From NCBI GenBank assembly GCA_965203325.1, contig OZ241875.1, positions 1,472,001-1,536,000 on the forward strand: a DNA stretch of 64,000 nt, in the 5' to 3' direction. The stretch comes from a bacterium (lineage in GTDB: Bacteria > UBA8248). The translations under genes and the position numbers were made by a program. The notes under the pieces are model-generated. The model searched no databases. It saw nothing but the letters and a program-made list of their open reading frames with translations, and was not told the DNA's origin. Positions 29,443 through 39,205 of this stretch are shown in pieces; the stretch's first letter is position 1, and the number at the start of each line of letters is the position of its first letter.

Positions 29443-29937
29443 TTATTCCGAACAGCTTTCAGGAGGACGCTCTTCAGGAGGCAGGAAGTCGATTCGCTCT
29501 TTCGAGGGGCAGCGAAATGTGAACGTCGTGCGTCCCTCATAGTTGCTGACCGCGAAGTCTCCTGCGCCGATGATATCCATACCAATCAGAACATCCGCAC
29601 CGCCGCTCAATCGTTCGGTTCCTATGACTCGCAGATTGCCGAATTCCACGTCGTTCAACAGCCGGATATTGATCAGATACGCCTCAACTGACCGGGCGTC
29701 GTAAACGCCTCGCACCCGGCTCATTCCTATGGCTTTGAGATTGCAATCCTCCACCACTCGCCGGGTAATCACGGTGCGCGTCGCACCCGTATCCCAAATT
29801 GACTTGTATTCCTGAAAAGTGGGCGCAGGGGAGCCTTCCGCAGGCGTATAGGCTGCGGCGATATGGACCTCGTTGATGAGGACATTCTTCCGCTCGTCGA
29901 AATATGTCGTAAAGGCGAAACTGGATGGTCCTGACAT
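29443..29937 (-). CDS. Retropepsin-like aspartic protease
   Basis: IWDTGAT catalytic motif and VLIGMDII. Confidence 0.85.
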   Translation of the reverse strand: MSGPSSFAFTTYFDERKNVLINEVHIAAAYTPAEGSPAPTFQEYKSIWDTGATRTVITRRVVEDCNLKAIGMSRVRGVYDARSVEAYLINIRLLNDVEFGNLRVIGTERLSGGADVLIGMDIIGAGDFAVSNYEGRTTFTFRCPSKERIDFLPPEERPPESCSE

Positions 29938-30183
29938 CTAGGAAAAACAGACTCTCGAATGGAAGGTCTCTATTGTGCTGTCCGGATCGGAACTGCATTC
30001 CTGCACGAGAAACGTGCCGAGTTCGTGCTTTTTGGCTGTCTTCTCAACGGCCTCCATCTCGTCGTCGTAAGTCCCGAGCACCCGCCGGTTCTTGATGACG
30101 ATGTATTTCCCCTCGTACTTCTGGGCGAGTTCGGACTGGTGATCGAGGTAGTATTGAAAATCATCTTTCAATAGCTGTTCCAT
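29938..30183 (-). CDS. Small DUF5678-like protein abutting the aspartic protease
   Basis: FQYYLDHQSELAQKYEGKYIVIKNRRVLGTYD; GGAG RBS. Confidence 0.7.
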   Translation of the reverse strand: MEQLLKDDFQYYLDHQSELAQKYEGKYIVIKNRRVLGTYDDEMEAVEKTAKKHELGTFLVQECSSDPDSTIETFHSRVCFS

Positions 30184-30338
30184 GGCCTTCTCTCCTGCTC
30201 AACAACTTCAGCCAAGGTCAGGCATGAGCCCCACCCCACAATCATAGTCTATCCATCGTGTTTGTGAAGTCAAATTCCGAATGTCCAAGATACATTCCAG
30301 AGTCGCCATGTGTTAAGTCGTGCGTTCCCAATCCCCCC

Positions 30339-32712
30339 CTACCCCAAAACCTCCCGGCACGCCGCCTCGATATGCGCCTGTCCGATCTGTAAGGCGTCGT
30401 AGACCTCGTGCGGGAGGCCGCTCTGGCCGAACTGGTCGGTGCCCAGGCATCGCTGGTCGGCGCCCAGCGCACCGCCCAAGAACGAGAGCGCCAGCGAATG
30501 CCCGTCCAGCACGGATACGATGGGGTTGTCGCGGTGTTCGTCGCCCACCATCATTTCGAGGCGCGAGGGGCGGCCCGCTTTTTTCGCCTTCTTGTGTTCG
30601 GCGTAAATCCTGTCCGCACTCGTGAGGACGTAGACGTTGGCGTGTATCCCCTCCGCCTCCAGCGCGCGGGCGGCGGCGAGGGCCTCGGGCGTCATCACCC
30701 CGCTCACGAAGAGGTTCACCGCGTTGGCACCCGCGCGGTAGCCGGGCGCATCTTTCGCCGAGTGAAGCAGGTAGCCCCCGCCCAGGACGTTATTCCTGAG
30801 CACCTCGCGCTTCAGGGGGTCAGCGAGCCACCCGGCGGGCAGGAGGTTCTGATCGACCTGCTTCGTGCTCAGGCGGAGATAAAACGCCGGGCAATCGGCA
30901 TCCCCGAGAACGCGGCCGATGGCCGAGAGGAGCAGCCACTCGACCTCGACGGCGAAGGTCGGCTCATAGGCTTCGAGCCCCGGCATCTCCAGGGATATGG
31001 CGGGCGTGAGGATGCTCTGGTGCGCACCGCCCTCCGGGGATAAGCTCGTGCCGCTCGGCGTCGCCACCACGATGAAGCGCCCGCCGTTATAGACCGCGTA
31101 GCGAAGCGCGTCGAGACAGCGGCTGATGAAGGTGTCGTACACCGTGCCGATGGGGCAGACCCGCACCCCGCAAAGCTCTTTCGAGACGCCGAAGGCCGCG
31201 AGCAGGAGCATCAGGTTGTTCTCCGATATCCCCAGTTCGATGTGCCGGCCCGCCGGGGACTCCTCCCACTTCAACAGCCGCTGCACCTGCTGTAAGGCGA
31301 AGAAATCCGCCTTGCCCTCGGGGTGGTATACCCCGCGGCGGTTGATCCAGCCGCCCAGGTTCGTGCTCACGGCCACGTCGGGCGAGGTGGTGACGATGTG
31401 GCGCGCGAGCGCGTCCTCCCGCGCCAAGTTCGTCATGATGGCGCCGAACGCCTCCTGCGTGGAAGTCTTGGAGGCGAAGTTCGCCCCCACTTCCCGGGGC
31501 ACGGGAGCGGGCACGACTTCCTCTCTCGCAAGCGTGGCCCGCGCGTCGTAGCGCGTAACCGCTCGCTCGACCGCGCGGGCTTCCGGCGCTTTCTCCCGAG
31601 AGAGGCGCCAGTTCCTCGCCCTCGCCTAGGCCCGCGGAATCGCGCAGTTCGGCGATCTGCGCCTCCGTCAGGAGCTGGGAGTGGTTCATCGGATCACCCG
31701 CGATGGGGAGCCCCCAGCCCTTGATGGTGTAGGCGAGGATCATCACGGGCTTATCCCTAACCCCGTCCGCCTCCTCGAGGGCCTCCAGGATGCACTCGAT
31801 GTCGTGGCCGCCCAGGTCGGACAGGAGCGCGGGCAGTTCCTCGTCCGGGTAGCGATCCAGCAGCCCCGCGAGTCCCTCGTAATCGCCCGCCTCACCGCGC
31901 GTGAGGCCCTCCCTTATCTCGCGCCCGCTTCTGCCGATGAGCATCTGGTACTCGCCGTTCGACATGTCGTCGATGCGCCGCCTCAGCGATTCGCCGTTTT
32001 TGAGCGCGAACGCGGCCTGCAGGCGCTTTCCGTATTTGAGTTCCACCACGTGCCAGCCGTGCAGGCGGAACTGATCGCGAATCTGCTGCGCCTTGCCGTC
32101 GGGCACGACGCGGTCCAGGCTCTGTCGGTTCAGGTCCACCACCCAGATGACGTTGCCGAGATGGGCCACGTATTCCTCCGCCAGCGCCTCCCAGATGTTG
32201 CCCTCGTCGAGTTCCGCGTCCCCCACCAGGGAGATGAAGCGCTGCGGCGGGCCCGCGCCGAAGTGATCGTCGATGTAGGACTGCATGAGCGCGGCGAACG
32301 AGGCGGCCACCGAGGGCAGCCCGAGCGAGCCGGTGGAGAAATCGACGGGGTATTCATCCTTCGAGCGGCTGGGATAGGCCTGGAGGCCGCCGAAGGCGCG
32401 GAGATCGCGTAAGCGCTCCATCGGCAAATCGCCGCGCAAGGCGTGGGCCGCGTGCAGGACGGGCGAGGCGTGGGGCTTAATGGCGAGCCTGTCCCCCGTC
32501 TTGAGCCAGCGGAAGAACATGGCCGTCATCAGGCTCACGACGGAGGACGAACTCGCCTGGTGGCCGCCTATCTTGATGTTCTCGGAGCCTGCGCGCAGGT
32601 TGTTCGCGTAATGGACGCTGTAGGTGGAGAGCCACAGGAGGCGCTTCTCGATAAGCCGCAGAATATCGGCTTCATCCGGCTCGATGGAGTTCGTCTCTGG
32701 CGGAGGGTTCAC
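30339..32712 (-). CDS. Pyruvate dehydrogenase E1/transketolase-like TPP enzyme with one frameshift near 31585
   Basis: KIGGHQASS, KPHASP, STGSLG, GDAELDEGN, NRQSLD, TIKGWG in the first frame; HIELGISENN, GTVYDTF, SPEGGAHQS in the second. Confidence 0.85.
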
Positions 32713-32739
32713 GCCCGTCCCTCCCCCGAGGCTGCAGGG

Positions 32740-33447
32740 TTATCCGCGCACCCCGGTGTGAAGCTCGGCGATGCCGCCCGTCATCGGGCGACGGTTCACC
32801 TCGCGAAAGCCCGCATCGCGCATCATCGCCGAGAACTGCTCGGCTTCGGGAAATTCATAAACCGTGTTTGGGAGGTAATTATACGCGCTTCTGTGGGCTG
32901 AGACGAGTCTGCCCACCACCGGCAGGAGAACCTTGAAGTAAAAGGCATATAAAAGCCCAAACAGGCCACCAGGGTGTCCGAATTCCAGCACTACGAGCCT
33001 GCCGCCCTCTTTCAAGACGCGGCCCATTTCCTTTAAGCCCGCCTCACGATCCTCGAAATTGCGAAGACCGAACGCGATGATCACCCCGTCGAACGCACCG
33101 TCCCCAAAAGGGAGGCTCAGCCCGTCTCCCTGGATGAGGGATAAGGGAGCGCCCTGCCTCTCCGCCTTCGTCTTCCCGCGCGCGAGCATGGGATACGCGA
33201 AATCAACGCCGAAGATGCGCGCGCCGCGTCCGGCTTGGGCGTACACTTCCAGAGCGACGTCGGCCGTGCCCGTCGCCAGATCGAGAAAGCAGGCCTCTCC
33301 TTTGAAATCGCTAAGAAGGCTCGCCACCGCGCGCTTGCGCCAGAGGCGGTCGACGCCGAAGCTCAAAAGCCGGTTCAGGAGGTCGTAGGTGGGCGCGATG
33401 TCCGAGAACATCGCCTGGACTTCGCGTTTCTCGACCCGGGTCGGCAC
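32740..33447 (-). CDS. menG: Demethylmenaquinone methyltransferase
   Basis: MFSDIAPTYDLLNRLLSFG, LDLATGTAD, AFGLRN. Confidence 0.9.
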   Translation of the reverse strand: MPTRVEKREVQAMFSDIAPTYDLLNRLLSFGVDRLWRKRAVASLLSDFKGEACFLDLATGTADVALEVYAQAGRGARIFGVDFAYPMLARGKTKAERQGAPLSLIQGDGLSLPFGDGAFDGVIIAFGLRNFEDREAGLKEMGRVLKEGGRLVVLEFGHPGGLFGLLYAFYFKVLLPVVGRLVSAHRSAYNYLPNTVYEFPEAEQFSAMMRDAGFREVNRRPMTGGIAELHTGVRG

Positions 33448-33453
33448 GCGCGC

Positions 33454-34314
33454 TCAGCCCGCGCCGATGAGCACGTCGGCGACCGCACCCGATGCGACCA
33501 CCACGGACACCCAGGCGTTGAGATTAAAGAAGGATATGTCTACGCGGCTCAAATCGTCGGGCCGCACGATCCAGTGCTCCCAGAACAGGAGACACCCCGC
33601 CGCCGCCAGCGCGAGCCAGTAAACGGGGCCGAGACCGAATATCCAGCCCGCGGCGAAGAAACAGGCCAGCGTCCCCAGATGGGCGAGCGCTGAGACGATG
33701 AGCGCGCCCTTCACGCCCAGAAGACGCGGGAGGGAGTGGATATTCTCCTCGCCGTCGAAATCCACGTCCAGACAGGCGTATATGAGGTCGAAGCCGCCGA
33801 CCCAGAGGGTGACGCCGCAGAAGAGCAGAACGGGCACAAAGCCCAGATCGCCGCGCACGGCCACCCACGCGCCCGCAGGCGCACAGCCCAGGACGAAGCC
33901 CAGGAACAGGTGCGTCCAGGAGGTAAATCGTTTCGAGTAGCTGTAGAAGACGATGCAGGCCGCCACGGCGAAGGAAAGCGCGAACGCGAGCGGATTCAGC
34001 ATCCAGGCCGAGAGGAGGAAGAGCGCCAGAAAGCCCGCCAGCATCATGAGGATGGATTTCGAATGGAGCAGCGCCTGGAACTCGGCGCGGTCTTTCGTCC
34101 TCGGGTTCTTGGGGTCGATGTCCCTGTCGGCGAAGCGGTTGAGCGACATGGCGAAATTCCGCGCGCCCACCGCCGCCATGACCATCCAGAACAGGACCCA
34201 GGCGGAGGGAACCCCGCCGGCCGCCATCACGCCGCCCATCAGCACGAAGGGGAGCCCGAAGACGGTGTGCTCGAACTTCACCATGCGCAGGAACTGTTTG
34301 AAACTCGCGCTCAT
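33454..34314 (-). CDS. UbiA-family prenyltransferase (MqnP-like)
   Basis: KFEHTVF, NRFADRDIDPKNPRT, YSYSKRFT, GFDLIYAC.D. Confidence 0.88.
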   Translation of the reverse strand: MSASFKQFLRMVKFEHTVFGLPFVLMGGVMAAGGVPSAWVLFWMVMAAVGARNFAMSLNRFADRDIDPKNPRTKDRAEFQALLHSKSILMMLAGFLALFLLSAWMLNPLAFALSFAVAACIVFYSYSKRFTSWTHLFLGFVLGCAPAGAWVAVRGDLGFVPVLLFCGVTLWVGGFDLIYACLDVDFDGEENIHSLPRLLGVKGALIVSALAHLGTLACFFAAGWIFGLGPVYWLALAAAGCLLFWEHWIVRPDDLSRVDISFFNLNAWVSVVVASGAVADVLIGAG

Positions 34315-34321
34315 CGACGCC

Positions 34322-35785
34322 TCAGCCGCCAAGGCCGTACTCCTCCCAGCGCCTCGTGACGCGCTCTTTTATCTCGTCCGTCATCACGATCTCGGGCGGC
34401 CATTCGCGCTCGAAACCCTCGGACGCCCATTTCCGGGTGCCGTCCACGCCCACCTTGCTGCCCACGTGGAGGCGGGGCGCGGCGTGTTCGAGCGCGTCCA
34501 CGGGGCCGTCGACGAACACCATGTCGCGCCTCGGGTCGATGCTGCCGAGCACCTTCCAGGAGACCTCGCTGATGTCGTGCACGTTCACGTCCTCATCCAC
34601 GATGACGATGACCTTCGCGAGCGCCATCTGCCCCATCCCCCACAGGGCGTACATGACCTTGCGCGCGTGGTAGGGATAGGACTTGCGTATCGAGACGATC
34701 ACCATGTTGTGGAACACGCCCTCCGCCGGCATGTGCACGTCCACGATCTCGGGGAGCTGCATCTTCATCAGCGGCAGGAAGATGCGCCCCGTCGCGCCGC
34801 CGAGCCAGTAGTCCTCCATCGGCGGGCGGCCCACGATGGTGGTGGGGTAGATGGCCTCGCGCTTTCTCGTGATGGCCGTCACGTGAAAGACGGGGTAGTC
34901 GTCCGCCAGGGAATACCAGCCCGTGTGATCGCCGAAGGGTCCTTCTTCCCTCAACTCGCCGGGGTTCAGGTAGCCCTCCACCACGATGTCCGAATCCGCG
35001 GGCACCTCCACGTCCACCGTCTTGCACTTGACCAGCTCGGCGCTCTTTCGCCTTAAAAAACCGGCCAGGTTCAACTCGTCAATCGCGGGCGGAAGCGGCG
35101 CGCTCGCCGCGTAGACGTAGACGGGGTCGCCGCCCAGGGCGATCGCCATCTCCATGCGCGCGCCCATCTTCGTGCTGTCCTGAAAGTTCTGCGCCCCGTC
35201 GTGGTGTAAGTGCATGTGCATGCCGGCGGTCTTCTCGTCAAAAAACTGCACGCGGTAGAGGCCCACGTTCCTGCGGCCCGTCCGGGGGTTTCGCGAGTAG
35301 ATGTGCCCGAAGGTAATGTAGCGTCCCGCGTCCTCGGGCCAGCACTTGATGGCGGGTATCGAGAAGAGATCCGGGTTTTCGGTCTCGACGATCTCCTGGC
35401 ACGGGGCCGCGCTCACCGTTTTCGGGGAGAAAGAAGCGAGCCGCGCGAGCTTGGGCAGCATCTTCACCTTCTCGATGATGCCCTCGGGCGGCTTGATTTC
35501 GAGAAGCTCGGCCACCTCGTCCGCCACCGCGTCCATGCTGTCGACGCCCAAGGCCATTTTCATCCGAAGGTCCGAGGCGTAGGCGTTGATTAGGACGGGT
35601 ATGTCGTATTCGCGCCCGTCGGGATCGACCGGCTTTTCGAACAACAGGGCGGGGCCGCCGCTCTTCACCGAGCGGTCGGCGATCTCGGTGATCTCGAGTT
35701 CGATATCCACCGGAACCTGGACGCGGCGCAACTCGCCCGCGCGTTCTAAAGCGTCGACGAAATCTTTGAGGGAGGCGTACGCCAT
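34322..35785 (-). CDS. UbiD-family menaquinone biosynthesis decarboxylase (MqnL-like)
   Basis: LEITEIADR, EGPFGDHTG, GRPPMED, GSKVGVDGT. Confidence 0.9.
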   Translation of the reverse strand: MAYASLKDFVDALERAGELRRVQVPVDIELEITEIADRSVKSGGPALLFEKPVDPDGREYDIPVLINAYASDLRMKMALGVDSMDAVADEVAELLEIKPPEGIIEKVKMLPKLARLASFSPKTVSAAPCQEIVETENPDLFSIPAIKCWPEDAGRYITFGHIYSRNPRTGRRNVGLYRVQFFDEKTAGMHMHLHHDGAQNFQDSTKMGARMEMAIALGGDPVYVYAASAPLPPAIDELNLAGFLRRKSAELVKCKTVDVEVPADSDIVVEGYLNPGELREEGPFGDHTGWYSLADDYPVFHVTAITRKREAIYPTTIVGRPPMEDYWLGGATGRIFLPLMKMQLPEIVDVHMPAEGVFHNMVIVSIRKSYPYHARKVMYALWGMGQMALAKVIVIVDEDVNVHDISEVSWKVLGSIDPRRDMVFVDGPVDALEHAAPRLHVGSKVGVDGTRKWASEGFEREWPPEIVMTDEIKERVTRRWEEYGLGG

Positions 35786-35798
35786 GTTTTCGAAAAAA

Positions 35799-36083
35799 CT
35801 ATTCGATGACCTTGGGAACGCGGAAATGGCCCTTTGCGAAATCGGGCGCCATCTTCTCCATGTTCTCGATGGGGGAGTCGGTGACCGCATCCTCGCGGAA
35901 CACGTTCGTGATGTCTAGGACGTGCGAGGTGGGCGCCACGCCCTCGGTGTCCACCTCGTTCAGCTTGGCGATGTGCTCCAGAATCGCGCCGAGCTGCCCG
36001 GTGAATTTCTCGATCTCATCCTCGCTGAGATTGAGCCGCGCCAGCCTGGAAACGTGAACCACATCTTCTCTTGAGATGGACAT
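35799..36083 (-). CDS. gatC: Asp/Glu-tRNA amidotransferase subunit C
   Basis: ISREDVVHVSRLARL...VDTEGVAPTSH..NVFRED..FRVPKVIE. Confidence 0.92.
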   Translation of the reverse strand: MSISREDVVHVSRLARLNLSEDEIEKFTGQLGAILEHIAKLNEVDTEGVAPTSHVLDITNVFREDAVTDSPIENMEKMAPDFAKGHFRVPKVIE

Positions 36084-36102
36084 CTCTTCCCCCTTTGCGC
36101 CC

Positions 36103-38412
36103 TTATACCGCCCGGTTCTCGCCCGCGTCAACGCCCTCATCCGCAGGCGAGAGCGGCGCGTACTTCAAGACCAGCTTCCTGAGGCCCGCGTTCTCGAACT
36201 CCACGCTCACCGTCGCCCGGTCTCCGGTTCCCTCGCGTGAGCGGATGACGCCGACCCCGAATTTCTTGTGCCTGACGCGCGCGCCGGGCGCAAAGGGGCC
36301 GAGCGCGGCGGCGGGTACGGCGGGCGCGCTCTTCTCTTTCCGGGGAGGAGCGGCTTTCGCTTCCGCCAGGATATCGGCGTAGCGCGAGTCGGTGGAATCG
36401 CGCGGCGCCTTGAAACCGCGCGGGGCGCGTCTGCGCGTCTGCGCGTGATCGCCTATGCGCTTGATGAGATCGGACCCCAATCCCTCCATAAAGCGGCTCG
36501 GACGCGACGACCAGCTTTCCTTGGCGCCGTCGGGCCGACGCTCCTTGGCCCACGAGAGAGTTAAAAACTCCTTCGCCCGCGTGACGCCCACATAGAGGAG
36601 CCTCCTCTCCTCATCCAAGGCCGCCGGCTCGTCGCGGGAGCGGCTGTGCGGGATCAATCCATCCTGTACGCCGACGACGCCCACGGCGGCGAACTCCAGG
36701 CCCTTCGCCGCGTGAAGCGTCATCAGGGAGAGCGCCCCGCTCTCACCGGACATCTCATCCGCCTCGCCCATGAGCGCCAACTCCTCCAGAAACAAGCTTT
36801 TGGCTTCATCCGATTGGGGCGAGAGGCCCTCTTCTTCGGTGATCCGGTCTTCGAAAGCACGGGCCGCGGCGATGAATTCCTTCGCGCCCTCCAGCGCCCT
36901 GGCAGCGGCGCGGCGGCGTTCCGGCGACGTGCTCCTTTGCGCGGCGCCTTCCAGCCAGGCCTGGTAGCCCGTGCGTTCGAGTATTTCCTCGATCAGGCGC
37001 GCGGGTCCCGCCTTCAGGGCAGCAAGAGACTCCAGCGTCTTCAGCAAGTCCGCAAGCATTTGCGCGGCGTTTCCCCGGATGCGGCCTGTGGCCAGGGCGG
37101 CTTGCGCGTCGGCGGTCGTGACACCCTGCGCGCCTTCGCCCGCTATCGCCTTCAAGCGCTCCGGCCCCAGCCCCCGTGGCGGGCGGTTGACGACCCGCGA
37201 GAAAGCCGCGCCGTCCCCGGGCCGGATGAGCAGCCTGAAATAGGCCGCCAGGTCCTGCACCTCGTTACGGTCGAAAAACCGCTGGCCCTTCACTATCTGA
37301 TAAGGAATCCCCCGCCTGCGGGCCGCTTCTTCGAGCGGACGCGACTGCGTGTTGATACGGTAGAAGACGGCGGTCTCTCCCCACGGAATCTCACCGCCCG
37401 CTCCCGCCTCGATGAGGCGCTTGATGACGGCTTCCGCCTCTTCCTCGGCGTTCGCCGCCGCCAGATAGCATACGGCCTCACCCGCAGCCTTGCGCGTGAA
37501 GAGGCGCTTCTCGTGCCGCGCCCCGGCCCCACCCATGATGCGCGAGGCGAGATTCAATATCGCGCCGCTCGATCGGTAGTTCTCCTCCAGGCGAAACACC
37601 CTGGCGCCCGGGAACCTGCGCTCGAAATCGAGGATGTTCTCCACCCGCGCGCCCCGCCAGCCGTAGATGCCCTGATCGTCATCCCCCACGGCGAACACCC
37701 GCCCGTGAACGCGCGAGAGCACGGCCACGAGTTCGTCCTGCACCGGGTTGGTGTCCTGGTATTCGTCGACGAGTATTTCCTCGAAGCGGTCCTGGTATTT
37801 CCTGAGAACCTCTGGATGCCGTTTGAACATGCTTAGAGGTCGCGCCAGCAGGTCGTCGAAATCCACGGCGCCCGCCTCGCGCAGGGCGCGCTCATAGGCG
37901 GGGGTGATTTTCCGGGCCGCCCCGTCGATGCTGAAAGGAGCAGGATCGGCATCCTCCGCCTCCGCCAGCGAGGTCTTCCGGCGGCCTATCTGCTCCAGAA
38001 CCGACCGGGGCGCGTAGCGCTCCTCGCTGATCTTCGCCTCCGCCAAGCAGCGTTTTACGAGCGTCAGGCACTCCCCGCGCGAGAAGATAGAGAAATTGGA
38101 GGACAAGCCCGCCGCTTCGGCTTCTGCTCTCAGAATCCTTGCGCAGACGGCGTGAAAGGTGCCCACCCAGATGCCGCGGACGCCTGCGCCCAAGGATGCG
38201 AACAGGCGCTCTTTCATCTCGCCCGCCGCCTTGTTCGTGAAGGTGATGGCCAGAATCCGGTTCGGGGCGAGGCCCTCGTCGAGCAGGCGCAGGATGCGGT
38301 GGACGATCACCCGCGTCTTGCCCGAGCCCGCGCCCGCCAGCACCAGATTGGCGCCCGGCGGCGCGAGCACCGCCTCTTTCTGCTGGGGGTTCAGGTTTTC
38401 CAGATAGTCCAC
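36103..38412 (-). CDS. pcrA: UvrD/PcrA SF1 DNA helicase
   Basis: AGAGSGKT, TFTNKAA, VDEYQD, NYRS, TLHAAKGLEF, EERRLLYVGVTRA, C-terminal VRHKKFG.G. Confidence 0.93.
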   Translation of the reverse strand: MDYLENLNPQQKEAVLAPPGANLVLAGAGSGKTRVIVHRILRLLDEGLAPNRILAITFTNKAAGEMKERLFASLGAGVRGIWVGTFHAVCARILRAEAEAAGLSSNFSIFSRGECLTLVKRCLAEAKISEERYAPRSVLEQIGRRKTSLAEAEDADPAPFSIDGAARKITPAYERALREAGAVDFDDLLARPLSMFKRHPEVLRKYQDRFEEILVDEYQDTNPVQDELVAVLSRVHGRVFAVGDDDQGIYGWRGARVENILDFERRFPGARVFRLEENYRSSGAILNLASRIMGGAGARHEKRLFTRKAAGEAVCYLAAANAEEEAEAVIKRLIEAGAGGEIPWGETAVFYRINTQSRPLEEAARRRGIPYQIVKGQRFFDRNEVQDLAAYFRLLIRPGDGAAFSRVVNRPPRGLGPERLKAIAGEGAQGVTTADAQAALATGRIRGNAAQMLADLLKTLESLAALKAGPARLIEEILERTGYQAWLEGAAQRSTSPERRRAAARALEGAKEFIAAARAFEDRITEEEGLSPQSDEAKSLFLEELALMGEADEMSGESGALSLMTLHAAKGLEFAAVGVVGVQDGLIPHSRSRDEPAALDEERRLLYVGVTRAKEFLTLSWAKERRPDGAKESWSSRPSRFMEGLGSDLIKRIGDHAQTRRRAPRGFKAPRDSTDSRYADILAEAKAAPPRKEKSAPAVPAAALGPFAPGARVRHKKFGVGVIRSREGTGDRATVSVEFENAGLRKLVLKYAPLSPADEGVDAGENRAV

Positions 38413-38428
38413 GGGTATGTTTCTCGGC

Positions 38429-39205
38429 TCAGAACCGGCGGCGGCCCACGCTCGATTTGGGGCCGCGGATGAGCGTGCGCTCGGGATAGACGCCCTTCGA
38501 GACGGTCGCGTTCGGCGCGACCCAGGAGCCGGCCCCCAGCATCACGCCCGGAGACGTCACGACGTTACAGCCGATCTCTGCGTCATCGCCCACCACCGCG
38601 CCGAACTTCGTGAGGCCGGTGTCGACCCGTTCCCCTTCCGCGCGCAGGACGATGTTCTTCACCGCGCCCGCTCTTTTCTCTTCTTCCGTCCTGAGTTCCA
38701 GGTTCGCCAGCTTGGCGCCCGCGCCCAGATTGGCATCCGCGCCCAGAATGCTGTCCCCCACGTAGGCGAAATGCCCCGCCTGCGCGCCGTTCAAAAAGAC
38801 GCTGTTCTTGACTTCGGTCGCATGGCCCACGACGGCGTCCGGCCCGATGAGGCATCCTCCCCGCAGATATGCCCCGTGCCGGACTTCCGCGCCCGAGCAA
38901 AGCACCGTCGGCCCCTTGATGACGCATCCCGGCTCCACCCGCACGCCCGCCTCGATGAGCAGGCCGACGGAGGCGATTTTCAGGCTCTCTCCTGTTACGA
39001 GCAGGCCCTCGCTCACGATGAGGCCCTCCTCCACCCGGAGCGCTGAGGCCTCTGCCAAAGGCGCATCCGCCTCGTCCACCAGATTCCGGATGAAACCATC
39101 CAGCAGGCCGACGGCCTCCCAAGCGTGCGCCGCACCATCGAACAAAGCCGAGTGCGGAAACTCGCCGAGCCTTCGGAAATAGGTTTCAGGCGTCGTCGCG
39201 CTCAT
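38429..39205 (-). CDS. Hexapeptide-repeat acetyltransferase (GlmU C-terminal-like)
   Basis: VRHGAYLRG, EVKNS, HFAYVGDSILG, NLGAG, TGLTKFGAVVGD. Confidence 0.82.
   Translation of the reverse strand: MSATTPETYFRRLGEFPHSALFDGAAHAWEAVGLLDGFIRNLVDEADAPLAEASALRVEEGLIVSEGLLVTGESLKIASVGLLIEAGVRVEPGCVIKGPTVLCSGAEVRHGAYLRGGCLIGPDAVVGHATEVKNSVFLNGAQAGHFAYVGDSILGADANLGAGAKLANLELRTEEEKRAGAVKNIVLRAEGERVDTGLTKFGAVVGDDAEIGCNVVTSPGVMLGAGSWVAPNATVSKGVYPERTLIRGPKSSVGRRRF

Noticed and set aside
24672..30590. Diversity-generating retroelement (TR/VR) explanation of the repeated gene tail
   Set aside because: No reverse transcriptase in the window, and the differences are not confined to adenines.
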